DNA of 64,000 bases from Eledone cirrhosa (lineage: Eukaryota): positions 259,284,001 to 259,348,000 of the forward strand of contig OZ024741.1 of NCBI GenBank assembly GCA_964016885.1, in the 5' to 3' direction. Of this stretch, positions 54,501-64,000 are shown in pieces. The first letter of the stretch is position 1. Every line of letters begins with the position of its first letter. The notes under the pieces are model-generated. The model saw only the letters and a program-made list of their open reading frames with translations, searched no databases and was not told the DNA's origin. The position numbers and the translations under genes are program-made.

Positions 54501-57500
54501 AAACACTCGTATGTCGAAACACTCGTAAGCCGAAACACTCGTAAGTCAGAACACTCGTAAGTCAGAACACTCGTAAGTCGAAACACTCATAAGTCGAAAC
54601 ACTCGTAAGTCGAAACACCCGTAAGTCGAAACACCCGTAAGTCGAAACACTCGTATGTCGAATAACTCGTAAGCCGAAACACCGTAAGTCAAAACACTCG
54701 TAAGTCGAAACACTCGTAAGTCGAAACACCCATAAGCCGAAACATTCGTAAGCCAAAACATTCGTAAGTCGAAACACTCGTAAACCGAAACACTCGTAAG
54801 CCAAAACATTCGTAAGTCGAAACACTCGTAAGTCGAAACACCCATAGCCGAAACACTTGTAAGTCTGAACACACGTAAGTCAGAACACCCGTAAGTCAGA
54901 ACACTCGTAAGTCAGAACACTCGTAAGTCAGAACACTCGTAAGTCAGAGCACTCGTATCGAAACACTCGTATGTCAAAACACCCGTAAGTCAAAACACTC
55001 GTAAGTCGAAACACTCGTAAGCCGAAACACCGTAAGCCAAAACACTCGTAAGTCGAAACACCCGTAAGTCGGAACACTCGTAAGTCGAAACACTCGTAAG
55101 TCGAAACACTCGTAAGCCGAAACACTCGTAAGCCGAAACACTCGTAAGTCGGAACACTCGTAAGTCGGAACACTCGTAAGTCAGAACACTCGTAAGTCAG
55201 AACACTCGTAAGTCAGAACACTCGTAAGTCGAAACACTCGTATCGAAACACTCGTATGTCAAAACACCCGTAAGTCAAAACACTCGTAAGTCGAAACACT
55301 CGTAAGTCGAAACATTCGTATGTCGAAACATCCGTAAATCAGAACACTCGTAAGTCGAAACACTCGTAAGTCGAAACACTCGTAAGCCGAAACACTCGTA
55401 AGTCGAAGCACTCGTATCGAAACACTCGTAAGTCGAAACACCCTTAAGTCAAAACACTCGTAAGCAAAAACACTCGTAAGTCGAAACACTCGTAAGTCGG
55501 AACACTCGTAAGTCAGAACACTCGTAAGTCAGAACACTCGTAAGTGGAAACACGCGTAAGTCGAAATACTCATAAGTCGAAACACTCGTAAGTCGAAACA
55601 CCCGTAAGTCGAAACACCCGTAAGTCGAAACACTCGTATGTCGAATAACTCGTACGCCGAAACACCGTAAGTCAAAACACTCGTAAGTCGAAACACTCGT
55701 AAGTCGAAACACCCATAAGCCGAAACACTCGTAAGCCAAAACATTCGTAAGTCGAAACACTCGTAAACCGAAACACTCGTAAGCCAAAACATTCGTAAGT
55801 CGAAACACTCGTAAGTCGAAACACCCATAGCCGAAACACTCGTAAGTCTGAACACACGTAAGTCAGAACAGCCGTAAGTCAGAACACTCGTAAGTCAGAA
55901 CACTCGTAAGTCAGAACACTCGTAAGTCAGAGCACTCGTATCGAAACACTCGTATGTCAAAACACCCGTAAGTCAAAACACTCGTAAGTCGAAACACTCG
56001 TAAGCCGAAACACCGTAAGCCAAAACACTCGTAAGTCGAAACACCCGTAAGTCGGAACACTCGTAAGTCGAAACACTCGTAAGTCGAAACACTCGTAAGC
56101 CGAAACACTCGTAAGCCGAAACACTCGTAAGTCGGAACACTCGTAAGTCGGAACACTCGTAAGTCAGAACACTCGTAAGTCAGAACACTCGTAAGTCAGA
56201 ACACTCGTAAGTCAGAACACTCGTAAGTCGAAACACTCGTATCGAAACACTCGTATGTCAAAACACCCGTAAGTCAAAACACTCGTAAGTCGAAACACTC
56301 GTAAGTCGAAACACTCGTATGTCGAAACATCCGTAAATCAGAACACTCGTAAGTCGAAACACTCGTAAGTCGAAACACTCGTAAGCCGAAACACTCGTAA
56401 GTCGAAGCACTCGTATCGAAACACTCGTAAGTCGAAGCACTCGTATCGAAACACTCGTAAGTCGAAACACCCTTAAGTCAAAACACTCGTAAGCCAAAAC
56501 ACTCGTAAGTCGAAACACTCGTAAGTCGGAACACTCGTAAGTCAGAACACTCGTAAGTCAGAACACTCGTAAGTGGAAACACGCGTAAGTCGAAAGACCC
56601 GTAAGTCAAAAATCTCGTAAGTCAAAACACTCGTAAGCCGAAACACTCGTAAGTTGAAACACTCGTAAGTCGAAACATTCGTAAAGCGAAACGTATAAAT
56701 AAAGATTAATGTAATGAACTTGAAAAGCATAGATATTTGAAACCGCGTCTATTTGTTATTTTCGTAAGTCGAAACACTCGTAAGTCAGAACACTCGTAAG
56801 TCAGAACACTCGTATCGAAACACGTATGTCAAAACACCCGTAAGTCAAAACACTCGTAAGTCGAAACACTCGTAAGTCGAAACACTCGTAAGCCGAAACA
56901 ATCGTAAGTCAAAACACTCGTAAGTCGAAACACTCGTAAGCCGAAAATACTCGTAAGTCGGAACACCCGTAAGCCGAAACCCTCGTAGGTCGGAACACTC
57001 GTAAGTCGAAACACTCTTAAGTCGAAACACCCGTAAGTCGAAACACTCGTAAGTCGAAACACCCGTAAGTCGAAACATCCGTAAGTCAAAACACTCGTAA
57101 GCCGAAACACTCGTAAGTCGGAACACTCGCAAGTCAGAACACTCGTAAGTCAGAACACTCGTAAGTCGAAACACTCGTAAGTCGAAACACCCGTAAGTCG
57201 AAACGCCCGTAAGTCAAAACACTCGTATGTCGAAACACTCGCAAGCCGAAAAACCGTAAGTCAAAACACTCGTAAGTCGAAACACTCGTAAATCGAAACA
57301 CTCGTAAGCCGAAACACTCGTAAGCGAAAACATTCGTTAGTCGAAACACTCGTAACCCGAAACACTCGTAAGTCGAAACACTCGAAAGCCGAAACACTCG
57401 TAAGTCGAAACACTCATAAGCCGAAACACTCGTAAGTCGGAACACTCGTAAGTCAGAACACCCGTAAATCAGAACACTCGTAGTCAGAACACTCGTAAGT

Positions 57501-59699
57501 CGAAACACTCGTAAGCCGAAACACTCGCAAGTCGAAGCACTCGTAATCCGAAACACTCTTAAGTCGAAACACTCGTAAGTCGGAACACTCGTAAGTCAGA
57601 ACACTCGTAAGTCAGAACACTCGTAAGTCGAAACACTCGTAAGCCGAAACATCCGTAAGTCAAAACATCCGTAAGTCAAAACATTCGTAAGTCGAAACAC
57701 CCGTAGTCGAAACACTCGCAAGTCGAAACACTCGTAAGTCGAAACACGCGTAAGTCGAAACACATGTAAGTCAAAACACTCGTAAGTCAAAACACTCGTA
57801 AGCCGAAACACTCGTAAGTCGAAACACTCGTAAGTCGAAACACTCGTAAAGCGAAACGTATCAATAAAGATTAATGTAATGAATTTGAAAAGCATAGAGA
57901 TTTGAAACCGCGTCTATTTGTTATTTTCGTAAGTCGAAACACTCGTAAGCCGAAACACTCGTGAGCCGAAACACTCGTAAGTCGGAACACTCGTAAGTCA
58001 GAACACTCGTAAGTCAGAACACTCGTAAGTTAGAACACTCGTAAGTCAGAACACTCGTATGTCAAAACACCCGTAAGTCAAAACACTCGTAAGTCGAAAC
58101 ACTCGTAAGTCGAAACACTCGTAAGCCGAAACACTCGAAAGCCGTAACACTCGTAAGTCGGAACACTCGTAAGCCGAAACCCTCGTAGGTCGGAACACTC
58201 GTAAGTCGAAACACTCGTAAGTCGAAACACCCGTAAGTCGAAACACTCGTAAGTCGAAACACTTGTAAGTCGAAACACCCATAAGCCGAAACACTCGTAA
58301 GCCAAAACATTCGTAAGTCGAAACACTCGTAAACCGAAACACTCGTAAGCCAAAACATTCGTAAGTCGAAACACTCGTAAGTCGAAACACCCATAGCCGA
58401 AACACTCGTAAGTCTGAACACACGTAAGTCAGAACACCCGTAAGTCAGAACACTCGTAAGTCAGAACACTCGTAAGTCAGAACACTCGTAAGTCAGAGCA
58501 CTCGTATCGAAACACTCGTATGTCAAAACACCCGTAAGTCAAAACACCCGTAAGTCGAAACACTTGTAAGCCGAAACACCGTAAGCCAAAACACTCGTAA
58601 GTCGAAACACCCGTAAGTCGGAACACTCGTAAGTCGAAACACTCGTAAGTCGAAACACTCGTAAGCCGAAACACTCGTAAGCCGAAACACTCGTAAGTCG
58701 GAACACTCGTAAGTCGGAACACTCGTAAGTCAGAACACTCGTAAGTCAGAACACTCGTAAGTCAGAACACTCGTAAGTCAGAACACTCGTAAGTCGAAAC
58801 ACTCGTATCGAAACACTCGTATGTCAAAACACCCATAAGTCAAAACACTCGTAAGTCGAAACACTCGTAAGTCGAAACACTCGTATGTCGAAACATCCGT
58901 AAATCAGAACACTCGTAAGTCGAAACACTCGTAAGTCGAAACACTCGTAAGCCGAAACACTCGTAAGTCGAAACACTCGTATCGAAACACTCGTAAGTCG
59001 AAACACCCTTAAGTCAAAACACTCGTAAGCCAAAACACTCGTAAGTCGAAACACTCGTAAGTCGGAACACTCGTAACTCAGAACACTCGTAAGTCAGAAC
59101 ACTCGTAAGTGGAAACACGCGTAAGTCGAAAGACCCGTAAGTCAAAAATCTCGTAAGTCAAAACACTCGTAAGCCGAAACACTCGTAAGTCGAAACACTC
59201 GTAAGTCGAAACACTCGTAAAGCGAAACGTATCAATAAAGATTAATGTAATGAATTTGAAAAGCATAGAGATTTGAAACCGCGTCTATTTGTTATTTTCG
59301 TAAGTCGAAACACTCGTAAGTCAGAACACTCGTAAGTCAGAACACTCTTAAGTGAGAACACTCGTATCGAAACACTCGTATGTCAAAACACCCGTAAGTC
59401 AAAACACTCGTAAGTCGAAACACTCGTAAGTCGAAACACTCGTAAGCCGAAACAATCGTAAGTCAAAACACTCGTAAGTCGAAACACTCGTAAGCCGAAA
59501 ATACTCGTAAGTCGGAACACCCGTAAGCCGAAACCCTCGTAGGTCGGAACACTCGTAAGTCGAAACACTCGTAAGTCGAAACACCCGTAAGTCGAAACAC
59601 TCGTAAGTCGAAACACCCGTAAGTCGAAACATCTGTAAGTCAAAACACTCGTATGTCGAAACACTCGTAAGCCGAGACACTCGTAAGTCAGAACACTCG

Positions 59700-61891
59700 T
59701 AAGTCAGAACACTCGTAAGTCGAAACACTCGTAAGTCGAAACACCCGTAAGTCGAAACGCCCGTAAGTCAAAACACTCGTATGTCGAAACACTCGCAAAC
59801 TGAAAAACCGTAAGTCAAAACACTCGTAAGTCGAAACACTCGTAAGTCGAAACACTCGTAAGCCGAAACACTCGTAAGCGAAAACATTCGTAAGTCGAAA
59901 CACTCGTAACCCGAAACACTCGTAAGTCGAAACACTCGAAAGCCGAAACACTCGTAAGTCGAAACACTCATAAGCCGAAACACTCGTAAGTCGGAACACT
60001 CGTAAGTCAGAACACCCGTAAGTCAGAACACGCGTAGTCAGAACACTCGTAAGTCGAAACACTCGTAAGCCGAAACACTCGCAAGTCGAAGCACTCGTAA
60101 TCCGAAACACTCTTAATTCGAAACACTCGTAAGTCGGAAGACTCGTAAGTCAGAACACTCGTAAGTCAGAACACTCGTAAGTCGAAACACTCGTAAGCCG
60201 AAACATCCGTAAGTCAAAACATCCGTAAGTCAAAACATTCGTAAGTCGAAACACCCGTAGTCGAAACACTCGCATGTCGAAACACTCGTAAGTCGAAACA
60301 CGCGTAAGTCGAAACACATGTAAGTCAAAACACTCGTAAGTCAAAACACTCGTAAGCCGAAACACTCGTAAGTCGAAACACTCGTAAGTCGAAACACTCG
60401 TAAAGCGAAACGTATAAATAAAGATTAATGTAATGAATTTGAAAAGCATAGAGATTTGAAACCGCGTCTATTTGTTATTTTCGTAAGTCGAACACTCGTA
60501 AGTCAGAACACTCGTAAGTCAGAACACTCGTAAGTTAGAACACTCGTAAGTCAGAACACTCGTAAGTCAGAACACTCGTAAGTCAGAACACTCGTAAGTC
60601 GAAACACTCGTATCGAAACACTCGTATGTCAAAACACCAGTAAGTCAAAACACTCGTAAGTCGAAACACTCGTAAGTCGAAACACTCGTAAGAGGAAACA
60701 CTCGTAAGTCGAAACACTCGTAAGCCGAAACACTCGTAAGCCGAAACACTCGTAAGTCGGAACACTCGTAAGTCAGAACACTCATAAGTCAGAACACTCG
60801 TAAGTCGAAACACTCGTAAGTCGAAACACCCGTAAGTCGAAACGCCCGTAAGTCAAAACACTCGTATGTCGAAACACTCGCAAACTGAAAAACCGTAAGT
60901 CAAAACACTCGTAAGTCGAAACACTCGTAAGTCGAAACACTCGTAAGCCGAAACACTCGTAAGCGAAAACATTCGTAAGTCGAAACACTCGTAACCCGAA
61001 ACACTCGTAAGTCGAAACACTCGAAAGCCGAAACACTCGTAAGTCGAAACACTCATAAGCCGAAACACTCGTAAGTCGGAACACTCGTAAGTCAGAACAC
61101 CCGTAAGTCAGAACACGCGTAGTCAGAACACTCGTAAGTCGAAACACTCGTAAGCCGAAACACTCGCAAGTCGAAGCACTCGTAATCCGAAACACTCTTA
61201 ATTCGAAACACTCGTAAGTCGGAAGACTCGTAAGTCAGAACACTCGTAAGTCAGAACACTCGTAAGTCGAAACACTCGTAAGCCGAAACATCCGTAAGTC
61301 AAAACATCCGTAAGTCAAAACATTCGTAAGTCGAAACACCCGTAGTCGAAACACTCGCATGTCGAAACACTCGTAAGTCGAAACACGCGTAAGTCGAAAC
61401 ACATGTAAGTCAAAACACTCGTAAGTCAAAACACTCGTAAGCCGAAACACTCGTAAGTCGAAACACTCGTAAGTCGAAACACTCGTAAAGCGAAACGTAT
61501 AAATAAAGATTAATGTAATGAATTTGAAAAGCATAGAGATTTGAAACCGCGTCTATTTGTTATTTTCGTAAGTCGAACACTCGTAAGTCAGAACACTCGT
61601 AAGTCAGAACACTCGTAAGTTAGAACACTCGTAAGTCAGAACACTCGTAAGTCAGAACACTCGTAAGTCAGAACACTCGTAAGTCGAAACACTCGTATCG
61701 AAACACTCGTATGTCAAAACACCAGTAAGTCAAAACACTCGTAAGTCGAAACACTCGTAAGTCGAAACACTCGTAAGAGGAAACACTCGTAAGTCGAAAC
61801 ACTCGTAAGCCGAAACACTCGTAAGCCGAAACACTCGTAAGTCGGAACACTCGTAAGTCAGAACACTCATAAGTCAGAACACTCGTAAGTC
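59700..61891 (+). repeat. Tandem duplication, period 1,085 bp, containing one B-type insert per unit
   Basis: Inserts at 60412 and 61497. Shared private variants GCAAACTGAAAAACC, CTTAATTCG, CGGAAGACTC, GTCGAACACTC and TAAGAGGAAAC recur at +1085. Confidence 0.9.
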
Positions 61892-62239
61892 AGAACACTC
61901 GTAAGTCGAAACACTCGTAAGCCGAAACACCGTAAGTCGAAACACCCGTATGTCGAAACACTCGTAAGCCGAAACACTCGTAAGTAAAAACATTAGTAAG
62001 TCGAAACACTCGTAAGCCGGAAGACTCGTAAGTCGAAACACTCGTAAGCCGAAACACCCGTAAGTCAAAACATTCGTAAGTCAAAACACTCGTAAGTCGA
62101 GACACTCGTAAGTAGAAACACTCGTAAGTCAAAACTCTCGTACGCCGAAACACTCGTAAGTAAAAACATTAGTAAATCGAAACACTCGCAAGTCGAAGCA
62201 CTCGTAATCCGAAACACTCTTAAGTCGAAACACTCGTAA

Positions 62240-63000
62240 GTCGGAAAACTCGTAAGTCGAAACACTCGTAAGTCAGAACACTCGTAGTCAGAACACTCGT
62301 AAGTCAAACCACTCGTAAGCCGAAACACTCGTAAGTCGAAACACTCGTAAGTCGAAACACTCGTAAGTCGAAAAACTCGTAAGCCGGAACACTCGTAAGT
62401 CAGAACACTCGTAAGTCAGAACACTCGTAAGTCGAAACACTCGTAAGCCGAAACACACGTAAGTCGAAACATTCGTAAGTCGAAACACCCGTAAGTCGAA
62501 ACACTCGTAAGTCGAAACACTCGTAAGTCGAAACACCGTAAGTCAAAACACTCGTATGTCGAAACATCCGTAAATCAGAACACTCCTAAGTCAAAACACT
62601 CGTAAGCCGAAACACTCGTAAGTCAAAAATACTCGTAAGTCGAAACACCCTTAAGTAAAAACACTCGTAAGTCGAAACACTCGTAAGCCGAAACACCCGT
62701 CAGTCAAAACACCCGTAAGTCGAAACACTCGTAAGTCAAAACTCTCGTACGCCGAAACACTCGTAAGTAAAAACATTAGTAAGTCGAAACACTCGTAAGC
62801 CGAAACACTCATAAGTCGAAACACTCGTAAGCCGAAACACCCGTAAGTCAAAACATTCGTAAGTCAAAACACTCGTAAGTCGAAACACCCGTAAGTCGAA
62901 ACACTCGTATGTCGAAACACTCGTAAGCCGAAACACCGTAAGTAAAAACACTCGTAAGTCGAAACACCCACAAGTCGAAACACTCGTAAGCCGAAACACT
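62240..63000 (+). repeat. More diverged paralogue of the variant-rich block at ~6330-7075 (also ~31330 and ~41200)
   Basis: Offset 55,925 (ORFs 6363/62288, 6726/62651). Shared markers CAAACCACTC, GAAAAACTCGTAAGCCGG, CACTCCTAAG, AAAAATACTC, CCCGTCAGT, AACTCTCGTACGCC, CATTAGTAAG and CACCCACAAG, with several substitutions. Confidence 0.85.
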
Positions 63001-64000
63001 CGTGAGCCGAAACACTCGTAAGTCGGAAGACTCGTAAGTCAGAACACTCGTAAGTCAGAACACTCGTAAGTCGAAACACTCGTAAGCCGAAACATCCGTA
63101 AGTCAAAACATCCGTAAGTCAAAACATTCGTAAGTCGAAACACCCGTAGTCGAAACACTCGCATGTCGAAACACTCGTAAGTCGAAACACGCGTAAGTCG
63201 AAACACATGTAAGTCAAAACACTCGTAAGTCAAAACACTCGTAAGCCGAAACACTCGTAAGTCGAAACACTCGTAAGTCGAAACACTCGTAAAGCGAAAC
63301 GTATAAATAAAGATTAATGTAATGAATTTGAAAAGCATAGAGATCTGAAACCGCGTCTATTTGTTATTTTCGTAAGTCGAAACACTCGTAAGCCGAAACA
63401 CTCGTGAGCCGAAACACTCGTAAGTCGGAACACTCGTAAGTCAGAACACTCGTAAGTCAGAACACTCGTAAGTTAGAACACTCGTAAGTCAGAACACTCG
63501 TAAGTCAGAACACTCGTAAGTCAGAACACTCGTAAGTCGAAACACTCGTATCGAAACACTCGTATGTCAAGACACCAGTAAGTCAAAACACTCGTAAGTC
63601 GAAACACTCGTAAGCTGAAACACCGTAAGTCAAAACACTCGTAAGTCGAAACACTCGTAAGACGAAACACTCGTAAGTCGAAACACTCGTAAGCCGAAAC
63701 ACTCGTAAGCCGAAACACTCGTAAGTCGGAACACTCGTAAGTCAGAAAACTCATAAGTCAGAACACTCGTAAGTCAGAACACTCGTAAGTCGAAACACTC
63801 GTAAGCCGAAACACCGTAAGTCGAAACACCCGTATGTCGAAACACTCGTAAGCCGAAACACTCGTAAGTCGAAACACTCGTAAGTAAAAACATTAGTAAG
63901 TCGAAACACTCGTAAGCCGAAAGACTCGTAAGTCGAAACACTCGTAAGCCGAAACACCCGTAAGTCAAAACATTCGTAAGTCAAAATACTCGTAAGTCGA

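Larger units (their letters stand above)
1..64000 (+). repeat. Tandem satellite DNA array, 16-bp monomer (consensus GAAACACTCGTAAGTC), running off both window ends
   Basis: The monomer is visible on essentially every line. Common variants: GTCGAAA, GCCGAAA, GTCGGAA, GTCAGAA, GTCAAAA, CACCCG, CATTCG, GTATGTC, CTCATA. There are also 14-bp (GTATCGAAACACTC), 15-bp (GAAACACCGTAAG, GTAGTC) and 17-bp (CCGAAAATACTC) length variants. No inversion was seen. Confidence 0.99.

Noticed and set aside
245-63369. CRISPR-like pattern of a conserved element separated by variable spacers
   Set aside because: Spacers are 0.8-8.7 kb of satellite, not unique 25-45-bp sequences. The element is 69 bp, and there are no cas genes or leader.
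94-63984. Hundreds of minus-strand ORFs with the repeat LRVFRLTSVSTYECFD
   Set aside because: The reverse complement of the 16-bp consensus has no stop, and three monomers cycle through all frames, so the same peptide appears in all three frames. Indels of 16 bp and 14/15/17-bp monomers ignore frame, and most starts are GTG inside the repeat. The + strand has TAA in almost every monomer.
1-64000. Telomerase-type telomeric repeat (some yeasts have 16-bp or longer units)
   Set aside because: No G-rich strand or GG/GGG core. Kilobase HORs, inserts and 64-kb length indicate recombination-based amplification.
1-64000. Giant ORF under TGA-recoding (code 4 or selenocysteine), since most minus-strand stops are TGA
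   Set aside because: TAA/TAG stops also occur (from CTTAAG, TTAG and CTAAG variants and in the insert), there is no frame preference, and there is no SECIS-like unique sequence.

Overview
The whole 64-kb window is one head-to-tail satellite array built from a 16-bp monomer (+ strand consensus GAAACACTCGTAAGTC, roughly 3,800-3,900 copies, all in one orientation). I can support no protein-coding gene, RNA gene, transposon or CRISPR array. The minus-strand ORFs are translations of the satellite, whose reverse complement has no stop codon in any frame. The interest is in the nested architecture: (1) monomer variants occur in a stereotyped order; (2) a conserved 69-bp AT-rich non-satellite element interrupts the array 35 times as two mostly alternating alleles (A/B); (3) these define a ~2,074-bp higher-order repeat (HOR) whose length changes almost always in 16-bp steps; (4) insert-free domains have their own ~0.5-1 kb modules; (5) near-identical block duplications have periods of 1,085, 2,090, 4,068, 9,871 and 25,000 bp, and the order of the two largest can be inferred from a shared junction. 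This resembles eukaryotic (peri)centromeric or heterochromatic HOR satellite, but neither the organism nor a function can be determined from the window. All alignments and counts were done by eye, helped by ORF-track offsets.
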